Source of the DNA: Candidatus Dormiibacterota bacterium
GTDB lineage: Bacteria; Chloroflexota; Dormibacteria; Aeolococcales; Aeolococcaceae
DNA length: 64,000 nucleotides
Reading direction: 5' to 3'
NCBI GenBank assembly: GCA_963718525.1
Contig: OY970355.1
Span: forward strand, 2,144,001 to 2,208,000
In this document: piece by piece, positions 22,269 to 34,739 of the stretch
How positions within the stretch are numbered: position 1 is the stretch's first letter
Layout of the letters: the number at the start of each line of letters is the position of its first letter
Notes under the pieces: model-generated
What the model was told of the DNA's origin: nothing
Seen by the model: the letters and a program-made list of their open reading frames with translations, nothing else
The model's database searches: none
Program-made: the position numbers and the translations under genes

Positions 22269-23080
22269 TCACCTCGGCATTCGAGTACGCACGGCCGGGC
22301 TCAGTGGATGAGGCGCAATCGCTCTTGACGAAATTCGGCGCCGACGCCAAGGTCATCGCCGGTGGCCAGAGCCTCATTCCCCTGATGCGGCTTCGCCTCA
22401 GTCAGCCGACCGCGCTCATCGACATTCAGAGCGTCCCCGGGCTCAAGGAGGTTCGCCGTGACAATGGCGCCGTGGAGATCGGCGCGCTGCTGCGTCACGT
22501 CGACATCCAGCGCAACGCCACCCTGCGCGAGACACTGCCGCTCCTGGTGGAGATGGCCAATGACATTGGCGACAATCAGGTGCGCAATCTCGGGACCATC
22601 GGCGGAGTGATCGCCCATGGCGATGCGGCGGGTGACTACAACACGCTCGCGCTGATGCTCGACGCGGAGATCGTGACCAACAAGCGCCGTCACCAGGCGC
22701 GCGATTTCTACCGCGACATGTTCACCACCGCGCTCGAGCATGACGAGGTGGTGACCGCGGTCCGTTTCCCGGTTTCGACGGGGCGCTTCGCCTACACGAA
22801 GTTTCGGCGCCGCTTGTACGATTGGGCGATCGCCGGGGTTGCCGTGCAGGAGACCGGGTCATCGTGGCGGGTGGGCTATGTGAACCTGGCGCGGACACCG
22901 CGGAGGGGCGCCACGGTGGAGCAGGCGCTGGCCGGGGGCGCATCGGCGGCGGACGCTGCGACCCAGAGTGGGTCCGACATCGACCCGACCGGAGACGTCC
23001 GCGCAACCGCCGAGTACAAGCGCCACCTCGCGGAGGTGCTCACGGTTCGTACCCTTCGCAACGCGACAATGGCTGCTTGA
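22265..23080 (+). CDS. coxM: CoxM/CutM-type FAD-binding medium subunit
   Basis: IAGGQSLIPLMRLRL, QVRNLGTIGG. Confidence 0.92.
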   Translation: MITSAFEYARPGSVDEAQSLLTKFGADAKVIAGGQSLIPLMRLRLSQPTALIDIQSVPGLKEVRRDNGAVEIGALLRHVDIQRNATLRETLPLLVEMANDIGDNQVRNLGTIGGVIAHGDAAGDYNTLALMLDAEIVTNKRRHQARDFYRDMFTTALEHDEVVTAVRFPVSTGRFAYTKFRRRLYDWAIAGVAVQETGSSWRVGYVNLARTPRRGATVEQALAGGASAADAATQSGSDIDPTGDVRATAEYKRHLAEVLTVRTLRNATMAA

Positions 23081-24567
23081 AGCGGATCAGCCACTGGATC
23101 GGCGGCCAGGTCGTAGCGGGAACCTCCGGCAAACAGGGCCCCGTCTACAACCCGGCCACCGGCGAACAGACCGGTGCCGTCGACCTCGCCTCCGCGGCCG
23201 AGGTCGACGCTGCGGTCGAAACCGCCACAGGCGCGTTTCGCGAGTGGCGCGCAGCATCGCTTTCGCAGCGGACGACGATCCTGTTTTCGTTCCGGGATCT
23301 GCTCGACAAGCATCGCGACGATCTCGCAGCCTTGATCACGTCGGAGCACGGCAAGGTGCTCTCGGATGCCAAGGGTGAGGTGGCTCGCGGCATCGAGAAC
23401 GTCGAGTTCGCGTGCGGTGTGCCGCACCTGCTCAAGGGCGGGTTTTCGGAGCAGCCGTCCCGCGGCGTCGACGTGTACTCGATCCGGCAGCCGCTCGGTG
23501 TGGTTGCCGGCGTCACGCCGTTCAACTTTCCGGCGATGGTGCCGATGTGGATGTTCGCCAACGCGATCGCGTGCGGCAACACGTTCATCCTCAAGCCGAG
23601 TGAGAAGGATCCGTCACCGTCGCTGTTCTTTGCGGAGCTGTGGCACCGGGCGGGACTGCCCGACGGCGTGTTCTCCGTTGTGCAGGGAGCGCGCGAGGCG
23701 GTGGACCGGTTGCTCGACCACCCGGAGGTCGTCGCGCTGTCCTTCGTCGGATCCACGCCCGTCGCACGCCACATCTATGAGACAGGCACACGCAACGGCA
23801 AGCGCGTGCAGGCCTTGGGGGGCGCGAAGAACCACATGGTGGTCCTGCCCGACGCGGACCTCGACGCGGCGGCGGACGCCGCGGTGTCGGCCGGCTACGG
23901 CTCGGCGGGAGAGCGCTGCATGGCGATCTCGACAGTGGTGGCGGTCGGTGACATCGGCGAGCGGCTCGTCGCGGCGATCGCCGCGCGCATTCCCGCTGTC
24001 AAGGTCGGCGCAGGTGACGACCCGGCATCGGAGATGGGACCGCTCGTCACCCGCGAACATCGCGACAGGGTGGCCGGCTACCTCGACGACCAGGCATTGG
24101 GCGGCGCTCGTCTGGTGGTCGATGGACGCGGCAACACGCCTGCGGGCAACGGGTTCTTTCTCGGACCATCGCTGGTGGATCGGGTCACCCCCGGCTCCAA
24201 GGTGTACGACGACGAGATCTTCGGACCGGTGCTCTCGGTCGTCCGAGTCGACACGTACGACGAGGCGATCCGTCTCGTTAATGACAACCAGTACGGAAAC
24301 GGCGTGGCCATCTTCACGCGTGACGGCGGCGCTGCGCGCAAGTTTCAGTTCGAGGTGCAGGTCGGCATGGTCGGCGTCAACGTGCCGATCCCGGTTCCGG
24401 TCGCCTATTACAGCTTTGGTGGGTGGAAGGCCTCGCTGTTCGGCGATACCCATATGTACGGCCCGGACGGAATTCACTTCTACACTCGCACCAAGGTGGT
24501 CACGTCACGCTGGCCCGAACCCGGCCCGGGCAGGGTCGATCTCGCCTTTCCCAGCAACAGTGGTTGA
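23077..24567 (+). CDS. mmsA: CoA-acylating methylmalonate-semialdehyde dehydrogenase
   Basis: TPFNFPAMVPMWM, LKPSEKDP, FVGSTP, GGAKNH, GERCMA, EIFGPV; TTG start overlaps the coxM stop. Confidence 0.95.
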   Translation: MKRISHWIGGQVVAGTSGKQGPVYNPATGEQTGAVDLASAAEVDAAVETATGAFREWRAASLSQRTTILFSFRDLLDKHRDDLAALITSEHGKVLSDAKGEVARGIENVEFACGVPHLLKGGFSEQPSRGVDVYSIRQPLGVVAGVTPFNFPAMVPMWMFANAIACGNTFILKPSEKDPSPSLFFAELWHRAGLPDGVFSVVQGAREAVDRLLDHPEVVALSFVGSTPVARHIYETGTRNGKRVQALGGAKNHMVVLPDADLDAAADAAVSAGYGSAGERCMAISTVVAVGDIGERLVAAIAARIPAVKVGAGDDPASEMGPLVTREHRDRVAGYLDDQALGGARLVVDGRGNTPAGNGFFLGPSLVDRVTPGSKVYDDEIFGPVLSVVRVDTYDEAIRLVNDNQYGNGVAIFTRDGGAARKFQFEVQVGMVGVNVPIPVPVAYYSFGGWKASLFGDTHMYGPDGIHFYTRTKVVTSRWPEPGPGRVDLAFPSNSG

Positions 24568-24598
24568 CCCTCAGGCGCCCTGCTAGGCTTCTGCAGCG

Positions 24599-25483
24599 GT
24601 GACCGAATGGACCGGCGTGAGGGACAAGCGCGTCCTGATCACGGGCGCGACACGCGGCATCGGGCTTGCCGCGGCGCAGGCGCTCGCACGCCGGGGGGCC
24701 CAGCTTGCGATCGTTGCCCGCGATGACGCACGCGGTGTGGAGGCCGCCACGAGCATCAAAGGGGAGGGGGGATCAACGGTCGACGTGCTCCTCGCCGACC
24801 TGTCCTCGCAGGCATCGGTACGCAATCTGGCGAGCGAGGTGCTCGACCGCTACCCGCGCATCGACGTCCTGATCAACAACGCAGGCGCGACGTTCACATC
24901 GCGTCAGCTCACCGAGGACGGCATCGAGCGCACCTGGGCGCTGAACCATCTCGCGCCGTTCCTGCTGACCACACTGCTGCTCGACCGCCTCAAGGCTTCG
25001 GCGCCGGCTCGGATCATCACCACCGCCTCGGACGCCCACAAAGGAAAGCTCATCCCGTTCGACGATCTCAATGCCGAGCGCTCATGGAAGGGTCGCGGGT
25101 TCACCAGATACGGTGAGACGAAGCTCGCCAACATCATGTTCACTCGCGAGCTGGCGCGGCGGCTCGAGGGAACCGGCGTGACCACGTACTCCTTTCACCC
25201 AGGTCTGGTGGCGACTGGCTTCAACCGCAACAACGGTGCTCTCATGACCATCGCGATGACGATCATCGCGCCGTTCTCGCGCAGTCCCCGGAAGGCGGCG
25301 CAGACCCTGGTCTGGCTTGCGGACTCCCCCGACGTGACCAAGCAGACCGGCGGCTACTACGAGGACCGAGCGCTCGCGGTCTCGAGCCGGCAGGCGCAGG
25401 ACCCGGCCCTGGCAAAGAAGCTCTGGGAGATCAGCGAAGAGCAGGTGCGTCCGAAAGCGCCGGCGGGGATGGGCGTTCCCTGA
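24599..25483 (+). CDS. Short-chain dehydrogenase (retinol-DH-like)
   Basis: TGATRGIG, INNAG, YGETK, HPGLV. Confidence 0.92.
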   Translation: MTEWTGVRDKRVLITGATRGIGLAAAQALARRGAQLAIVARDDARGVEAATSIKGEGGSTVDVLLADLSSQASVRNLASEVLDRYPRIDVLINNAGATFTSRQLTEDGIERTWALNHLAPFLLTTLLLDRLKASAPARIITTASDAHKGKLIPFDDLNAERSWKGRGFTRYGETKLANIMFTRELARRLEGTGVTTYSFHPGLVATGFNRNNGALMTIAMTIIAPFSRSPRKAAQTLVWLADSPDVTKQTGGYYEDRALAVSSRQAQDPALAKKLWEISEEQVRPKAPAGMGVP

Positions 25484-25963
25484 TCAGCGCCGGCCGACGC
25501 GCCGGAACCAGGGCAGACGGCGCCAGGCCAGCTCGCCGGAGAGGACCTCATTGCGGACCAATTCGCTGTGCAGGATGGTGACCAGCTCGCGTTCGCGGCG
25601 GACGCTCTCGCGCTGCTCCACGCCTCGGTGGGCGTGCTCTTCGAGCGCCCGGGCCCGCCACATGTCGACCTCGCCGGTGAGCGCCACGATCTGGGCGTCG
25701 CGCTCCTGGACGCCTTCCCGCAACTGGATGATGTCGACAAGGTTGTCCATCGCGAGGAGCCGCAATGCGCGGACCGTCTCCGGGCTGTACGGCTCGTCAA
25801 CAGCCTCGGTCTCGAAGAGCGCCTGGGCCAGGCGCTGCTCGCTGCGTCCCACGAGATGGAGCGTCGGAACATCGTCCTCGAGCTCGAGCGGCGGGGGCTC
25901 GGGCGCGGGTGTGGGATCGAGGGGAATCCCGATGGTCCCTGCGGGCAGGACTCGAACGGCCAT
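25484..25963 (-). CDS. Hypothetical coiled-coil protein
   Basis: Fills the gap between convergent/divergent genes; AGGAGG RBS upstream; heptad-like C-terminus. Confidence 0.6.
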   Translation of the reverse strand: MAVRVLPAGTIGIPLDPTPAPEPPPLELEDDVPTLHLVGRSEQRLAQALFETEAVDEPYSPETVRALRLLAMDNLVDIIQLREGVQERDAQIVALTGEVDMWRARALEEHAHRGVEQRESVRRERELVTILHSELVRNEVLSGELAWRRLPWFRRVGRR

Positions 25964-26066
25964 GACGGGCGACCTCCTGGAAAGACGTGGAGTGGAACGA
26001 CGAGAGTTCGCTCCCGGAAGGCTACAACGGATGCAGGCTCAGTGGCCGCCACACTAGGCTTCCAGA

Positions 26067-28750
<2,684 letters not shown>

Positions 28751-28752
28751 AC

Positions 28753-29982
28753 GTGAGCAGGCGCGTCGATCCCTCGACCTCGACGGCGCGAGCCGGCCTC
28801 GGCCGCGGGGACACCGGCGACGGCGCCGACCTGGTCGCGCCGCTGAGCCTTGCGTCAGTGCGCGCGTATGCCGATCTGCCCTCGGTGGACGAGGCGATGG
28901 AGGGCCGCAACGCATATCGCCGTTACGGCGGGGGCAACCCGCAGCGCCTCGAGGAGGCGATGATCGAGCTCGAGACGGTGCCGGGCCGCCCGGCGCCGGT
29001 TGCCCGTGTGACCTCGAGTGGCCAGGCGGCACTGCTGCTCGCCACCACCCTCGTGGTGACGCCGTCGCGCCGACAAGTCGTCGTGGTGCGACCGTGCTAC
29101 GGAGGCACCGATTCGCTCCTCGCCGGCCCCCTCGGCAATCTCGGCGTGCGGATCACAACCGTCGACGTGCCGCCGGATTGCGACGGAGACCACGGCGCCC
29201 TGCTTGCGCGCGTGCTCGGCGACGACGTCGCCGCCGTGGTGACCGAGGTCATCACCAACCCGCTCATCGGCCTCGTCGACGTCCCGGCGATCGCCGCCGT
29301 GGCGCATGCGTCCGGGGCAGCATGCATCGTCAACTCCACGTTCACGCCGCCATTCCTGTTCCAGCCGTTCGCGCACGGTGCTGACCTGGTGCTCCACAGC
29401 CTCACCAAGCACCTCGCCGGACACAGCGACGTCAGCGGCGGCGTGGTCCTCGTCGACACCGGGCACGAAGCCGCCGACTGGCTCGACTCCAACGCCCGGC
29501 TGCTCGGCTGCACGCTCTCGCCGTTCGATGCGTGGCTCGCGCTGCGCGGTCTTCGAACGGCAGGGCTGCGGATCGAGCGCTGCACCGAGAACGCCGCCGA
29601 GCTCGCGGCGTTCTTCGCCGGCAGGGCCGAGCTTCAGGCGGTGTATTACCCCGGGAGCCACGGGGGGCGGGACGCAGCACTCGCCGCGAAGCTGCTGCCG
29701 CGCGGGCGGGGCCCGATGCTGAGCATCGACCTGCGTGGCGGCGTCACCGCCGCCGATGCGTTCATCCGAGGGCTCGACGGGGTCCGCCTTGCGCCGAGCC
29801 TCGGCGACGTCGCGACCACGGTCAGCTATCCAGCGAGTACGTCACACCGGGCGCTCAGCCCGCAGCTGCGTGCGGCGTTCGGTATCGGCGACGGGCTGGT
29901 GCGCATCAGCGTCGGCATCGAGCACATCGACGACCTCAGGGCGGAGTTCGCCGCCGCTCTCGTCGCCGCGTCTGCCGGTTGA
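28753..29982 (+). CDS. Cys/Met metabolism PLP-dependent enzyme (cystathionine gamma-synthase / methionine gamma-lyase family)
   Basis: SSGQAA, YGGT, E.ITNP, HSLTKHLAGHSD (PLP lysine), SLGD, RISVGIE. Confidence 0.9.
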   Translation: MSRRVDPSTSTARAGLGRGDTGDGADLVAPLSLASVRAYADLPSVDEAMEGRNAYRRYGGGNPQRLEEAMIELETVPGRPAPVARVTSSGQAALLLATTLVVTPSRRQVVVVRPCYGGTDSLLAGPLGNLGVRITTVDVPPDCDGDHGALLARVLGDDVAAVVTEVITNPLIGLVDVPAIAAVAHASGAACIVNSTFTPPFLFQPFAHGADLVLHSLTKHLAGHSDVSGGVVLVDTGHEAADWLDSNARLLGCTLSPFDAWLALRGLRTAGLRIERCTENAAELAAFFAGRAELQAVYYPGSHGGRDAALAAKLLPRGRGPMLSIDLRGGVTAADAFIRGLDGVRLAPSLGDVATTVSYPASTSHRALSPQLRAAFGIGDGLVRISVGIEHIDDLRAEFAAALVAASAG

Positions 29983-30030
29983 GGCGCAAAACCGACCCTC
30001 CGCGCACCGACCCGGTACTCTAGAGGACAT

Positions 30031-30255
30031 ATGGCACACGTTCGGCTCGCCAACGGCGGCGATCTCTCGGTGAAGCTCACCGTTGACGAGATCACTGCCA
30101 AGCTCGCTGCTTCCGGTGGGGCCTCGGGTTTCGTCGAGCTTCCGGGTGAGGACGGGCCGTTCCTGGTGCGTCCCGAGGCCGTCATCGCGGTGATCGCCGA
30201 TCAACGGCGCGGAGCTGCAGGATTCCGGGTGGCGCAGGGAGCCGAGGCCAGCTGA
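30031..30255 (+). CDS. Small hypothetical protein
   Basis: AGAGGA RBS and ATG; codirectional with neighbours; high GC3. Confidence 0.65.
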   Translation: MAHVRLANGGDLSVKLTVDEITAKLAASGGASGFVELPGEDGPFLVRPEAVIAVIADQRRGAAGFRVAQGAEAS

Positions 30256-30260
30256 TCGGC

Positions 30261-31223
30261 GTGACCACGCCACAGCAACCGGCGCAGCCGGCGTTGACGC
30301 TCGTACCGAGGGCGATGGGGGAGACGATCACCGAACGCATCGGCAACACGCCCCTGCTGCGCATCCGCCTGTTCGAGGACGAGTGCCCGGACGTCTCGGT
30401 GTTCGCCAAAGCGGAGTTTCTCAATCCCGGAGGCTCGGTGAAGGATCGCCCGGCGCTCCGGATGATCGAGGACGGGGAGCGGTCGGGCCGGCTCACACGC
30501 GACCGCATCATCCTGGACAGCACCAGTGGGAACACGGGGATCGCGTACGCGATGATCGGCGCCGCCAAGGGCTATCGCGTCCGGCTGGTCATGCCCGGCA
30601 ATGTGAGCGACGAGCGACGCCAGCTGGTGACCGCGTACGGCGCAGAGGTCGAGTACAGCGATCCGCTCGAGGGCAGTGACGGTGCGATCCGTCTGGTTCG
30701 TGCCATGTATGACGAAGACCCCGACGCCTTCTTCATGCCGGACCAGTACAACAACGACTCGAACTGGCTTGCGCACTTCGACGGGACCGGGGCCGAGATC
30801 TGGGATCAGACCCGCGGTACGGTGACCCACTTCGTGGCCGCACTCGGGACCAGCGGCACGTTCGTCGGGGTGAGCCGGCGCCTCAAAAAGATGAATCCAG
30901 AGGTGCGCTGCATCAGCGTCCAGCCCGCCGAGCCGTGGCACGGTCTCGAGGGGCTGAAGCACATGGAGACGTCGATCGTGCCCGGGATCTACGATCCGTC
31001 GCTGGCCGATGAGGACATGGGTGTCGAGACCGAGCCCGCCTATGACCTCGCACGGGAGCTGGCGCGAGCGGAGGGCATTCTCGCCGGCCACTCCAGCGGA
31101 GCGGCACTCTGGGCCTGCGGTCAGGTCGCCCGCCGGATCGGTCATGGAGTGATCGTCACCGTGCTGCCCGACGGCGGTGATCGATATCTCTCCACGGGAC
31201 TGTACCGCCGGGCTGCCCGGTGA
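30261..31223 (+). CDS. Cysteine synthase family protein (CysM/CysK)
   Basis: IGNTPL, KAEFLNPGGSVKDR, TSGNTG, GTSGT, PDGGDRYLS. Confidence 0.95.
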   Translation: MTTPQQPAQPALTLVPRAMGETITERIGNTPLLRIRLFEDECPDVSVFAKAEFLNPGGSVKDRPALRMIEDGERSGRLTRDRIILDSTSGNTGIAYAMIGAAKGYRVRLVMPGNVSDERRQLVTAYGAEVEYSDPLEGSDGAIRLVRAMYDEDPDAFFMPDQYNNDSNWLAHFDGTGAEIWDQTRGTVTHFVAALGTSGTFVGVSRRLKKMNPEVRCISVQPAEPWHGLEGLKHMETSIVPGIYDPSLADEDMGVETEPAYDLARELARAEGILAGHSSGAALWACGQVARRIGHGVIVTVLPDGGDRYLSTGLYRRAAR

Positions 31224-31672
31224 ACCTGCGTTTTGCGACCGTCGCCCCGGCCGCTGAGCAGCGCATTCGCGACCTGGCCATGGCCGCCTACCCGAACGAG
31301 GGGTGCGGCGTGCTCCTCGGTAGGCGTGACGGCACGCGCATGGTCATCGTCGACGTGACGTCGGCTCGGAATATGTGGACGGAGCGCAGCGCGGATCGCT
31401 ACGACCTCGACCCCGTCGATTTCATGAAGGCCGATCGGGACGCGCGCTCGCGTGGGCTCGACGTCGCCGGGATCTGGCACAGCCACCCCGACCACCCCGC
31501 GCGGCCCTCGCAGTTCGACACCGACCGAGCGTGGCTCGACTACGTCTACATCATCTGCCGGACGACCCAGGCAGGTGCGGAGGACGTCAACGCCTTCGCG
31601 CTGGAGGAGGAGGGGGCGCCGTTCGCGCACATCTCGCTGGACATCTCGCCGGCCCCGGGCGGCGGGAAATGA
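31220..31672 (+). CDS. JAB/MPN (M67) metallopeptidase, Mec-like
   Basis: YPNEGCG and JAMM motif WHSHPDHPARPSQFD. Confidence 0.92.
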   Translation: MNLRFATVAPAAEQRIRDLAMAAYPNEGCGVLLGRRDGTRMVIVDVTSARNMWTERSADRYDLDPVDFMKADRDARSRGLDVAGIWHSHPDHPARPSQFDTDRAWLDYVYIICRTTQAGAEDVNAFALEEEGAPFAHISLDISPAPGGGK

Positions 31673-33079
31673 GCCCCGCCGGCGCGACTCGCCGGCGCCG
31701 TCGCGAAGAGGGAGATCCAATCGCGCCGGCGGTCGGTGTCATAGCGATCGTCGGCCGTCCCAACGTCGGCAAGTCGACGCTCTTCAACCGGCTCACCGGC
31801 ACGCGCCGAGCGATCGTCGATGCCTTCGCGGGGCTGACGCGGGACCGGCTGTACGGTGTCGTCGAGTGGGGTGGGAAGCGGTTCACCGTCGTGGACACCG
31901 CGGGGCTCGATGTGCCGTTGCCGCGGGACGCCGCCCCCGACATCGCAGCGCTCACGCGGGCCACCCGCGAGCAGGCGCAGATGGCGATCACCGAGGCCGA
32001 CGTCTGCTGCTTCATGGTGGACGTGCGCGACGGCGTGACGGCGCTCGACGAGGAGATTGCCCAAACCCTTCGCCGGGGAGGGCGGCCGGTCATCCTCGTG
32101 GGCAACAAGGCCGACAGCCAGGTCGATCGATATCGAGCCGACGAGTTGTACCGGCTCGGGCTCGGCGATCCGCTCCTGATCTCCGCGCTGCAGGGAACCG
32201 ACACCGGCGATCTGCTCGATCGCTTCGTCGCCGAGCTGCCCGAGAACGGTGCTGCCGGGACCGAGCCTGCCGCAGGTGAGGTGAGCGTGGCCATCATCGG
32301 CCGCCCGAACACCGGCAAGTCCTCACTGCTCAACGGGCTGGTGGGCTCGGAGCGCGCTCTGGTCTCGCCGGTGGCCGGGACGACGCGCGATGTTGTGGAC
32401 ACGGTGGTTTCGCTCGACGGGCGCAAGATCCGGCTCGTCGATACCGCTGGCATTCGCCGGCGCGGCATCGTCACCGAGAACGTCGAGCGCTACAGCCTAC
32501 TGCGCTCGTTGCGAGCGTTGCAGCGCAGCGACATCGGCCTCCTCGTCATCGATGCATCCGAAGGCGCGAGTGCTCAGGACCGGCACATCGCCGGATACGC
32601 CGTGGAGGCGGGTGCAGGGCTCGTGGTCGCCGCAAACAAGTGGGATCTCGTGAAGCACGAGGATCGGGTTGACGCGGGGTTCCTGAAGAAGTTGCAGGAA
32701 CTCATTCTCCTTCGTCCCGGGCGTGCCGGTGCTCACGCTGTCGGCGACCGAGCATCGCAACCTGAAGCGGGTGATGCCCGCAGTGCTCGCGGTCGCAGAC
32801 GCGCGTGCAATACACATTCCGACTCCAGCGTTGAACAACCTGATCCGCAACGCGCTCGACGAACATCCGCCGCGGACGCACAAGGGCCGGCGGCTCAAGA
32901 TTCTCTATGCCACCCAGGCGCGAAGCCCCGTTCCGACCATCGTGCTCTTCGTCAACGATCCCGAGTTGATGCACTTCGCGTATCAGCGGTATCTCGAGAA
33001 CCGGATCCGTGCCGTCTTCGGCTTTGCCGGGGTCCGGTTGCGGATCGTGACCCGGCACCGCGACGAGAGCGACGACTGA
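31669..33079 (+). CDS. der: Ribosome biogenesis GTPase Der (EngA), apparent +1 frameshift at ~32700
   Basis: Two GTPase domains (GRPNVGKS, GRPNTGKS, DTAG, NKWD); KH-like C-terminus (LKILYATQ, YQRYLENRIR) continues in another frame after GGAACTC. Confidence 0.93.
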
Positions 33080-33128
33080 GCCCTGGTCGGTCTCGGGCCC
33101 CGGGGCGTTAGAGTCGCTAGGCGCGCCT

Positions 33129-33202
33129 CGGGGAGTAGCTCAGATGGTTAGAGTACTGGTCTGGGGGACCAGGGGTCGCAGGTTCGAGTCCTGTCTCCCC
33201 GA
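33129..33202 (+). tRNA. tRNA-Pro (anticodon GGG), CCA not encoded
   Basis: CGGGGAG/CTCCCCG acceptor stem; D arm GCTC-AGATGGTTA-GAGT; anticodon arm CTGGT-CTGGGGG-ACCAG; T arm GCAGG-TTCGAGT-CCTGT. Confidence 0.97.
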
Positions 33203-33250
33203 CGGGCGCGCGTCAGAGGGCATTTGCGAGATCAAAAGACGGCCCGTCTT

Positions 33251-33770
33251 CGTACGTTCCGTCGCTGGATTTTGGATTGGCTCACTGTGGGCAATCATCG
33301 CCGACAACAAACTGGCACGTGTCGATGCCGCGTCCGGAAGAGTAACTGCTGCCACCATCACAACACCATATCCAGCCCAGGAAGTCATCAGCGGCTTGGG
33401 GCCAGATGTTTTCATCGTCGAGAGCATCGGCGGGGGGAGTGCTGCTGTCGCGCGCGTCAACCCTGCATCCAATTGCGTGGACGGGCTGAGCGCGCCCTTC
33501 AGCGCCGACGCTGAGAGCGCCACCTTGATAACCAATGGTCCCAGCGGTGTCCACGTCGCATACAGCGTCGGCAAACTTGCCCCGATTGATCCGGCCACCA
33601 TGCAGACCCGCGCCACCACCACCCTGGACCAACCAGGATTACTTAGCCTACCCGTCCTTTGGCTTCGGGTCAGTCTGGTTCCCTACGTTCGGAAACAATA
33701 CCCTCCTACGCGTCAAGCCTCTGGTCCTTGATATAGCGCCAAACGTGAAGCGAGCGGCACACATCGAGGC
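33251..33770 (+). pseudogene. Fragment of a beta-propeller (Vgb-like) protein, frameshifted and lacking its start
   Basis: GSLW...LARVDAASGRV, VARVNPA, IDPAT and FGSVW...LLRV repeats spread over two frames. Confidence 0.4.
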
Positions 33771-33815
33771 AGCCCGAACTGGGCACCGATCCTGTCATCC
33801 ATATCGTTGGTCACA

Positions 33816-34739
33816 TCAGGCGAGGCGGCGGCGAACCCACAAGAAGCAGAACGTGGCTATGAGGAGGGCGAGTCCGACGTATATGGCCGTCTCGTACCAC
33901 TGGAATGGCCAGTAGCGGTCAGCGGGTTGATAGGTGAATCCAATCCGGCGCAGCGCACCAGAACAAGCTCGGGCGCTCGCGCCTGATCCGATAGTGCAGC
34001 TGGCATCCGTCCAATGAGAAAGAACCCAATCATCGGGATGCGGCGGGGTGACCGAACCGGCGACGACCGGCAAGGGGCCGCGGGTCCCCAGCGTAAGAAA
34101 CGTTAGTGGACTCTGAAAATACGGTCGCACCAGCTGGCTGACTACCAGTCGTGCTGCAATGAATCCAGCGAGCGTGGCGGCCATCGCCGGCAGAGTGCGA
34201 CGGATGATTGCACCTAGTGCGACCCCTAGGGTGAAAGCGAAGGCGGCGTAGCCGATCGGGACGATTGCTCGCTCATCGAAGACCCCCGGCACGAAGCGGT
34301 TCATGTTGACCGAATCGATCGGGCTGAACCACCACGTGACCATGAGGCTGAAGAGTGCCGTAACGCCGATGCTCGCCAAGCCGACGACGCCGAGTTTCAC
34401 CGTGAGCCATCGCTCCCGGGTGACGCTCTGCGTCCAGATCAACAAGAAGGTGTTGGTTTCAAGCTCTCGGGCGACGAGCGGGGCACCCCAAAACATTCCG
34501 ATCAGAGCTGGTACGACGATCATGACATCGCCGAGCGCTGATTGGAGGAGGGCGTCGTTGTTGACGAAATTGGCTGTGGCGGTTGCGCAGTTTCCATAGA
34601 CAGCACATGGCCTGACGGTCGTGTCATAGAGGTGCACCAGCTGCGGTTCAGTGGTCGCCAAGACAATCCCTAAGGCCACAAGGAGCCCGAAGACCACTGC
34701 GGCTTGCGTTCGAAACTGGAGCAACGCAAACCGAATCAT
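33816..34739 (-). CDS. ABC-2 type transporter permease
   Basis: FWGAPLVARELETNT, WTQSVTR.RWL, YQPADRYWPFQW.E. Confidence 0.88.
   Translation of the reverse strand: MIRFALLQFRTQAAVVFGLLVALGIVLATTEPQLVHLYDTTVRPCAVYGNCATATANFVNNDALLQSALGDVMIVVPALIGMFWGAPLVARELETNTFLLIWTQSVTRERWLTVKLGVVGLASIGVTALFSLMVTWWFSPIDSVNMNRFVPGVFDERAIVPIGYAAFAFTLGVALGAIIRRTLPAMAATLAGFIAARLVVSQLVRPYFQSPLTFLTLGTRGPLPVVAGSVTPPHPDDWVLSHWTDASCTIGSGASARACSGALRRIGFTYQPADRYWPFQWYETAIYVGLALLIATFCFLWVRRRLA

Noticed and set aside
31669-33079. der as a true pseudogene or programmed frameshift
   Set aside because: The gene is normally essential, there is no slippery run, and the break is at the same GAACTC context as other frameshifts; probably a sequencing error.
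33144-33731. 195-aa ORF starting inside the tRNA, and similar ORFs crossing att repeats (36442-37119, 54803-55246, 61224-61769)
   Set aside because: They translate tRNA-derived sequence (RGRRFESCLPD / GRQDSNLRP) and are not credible genes.
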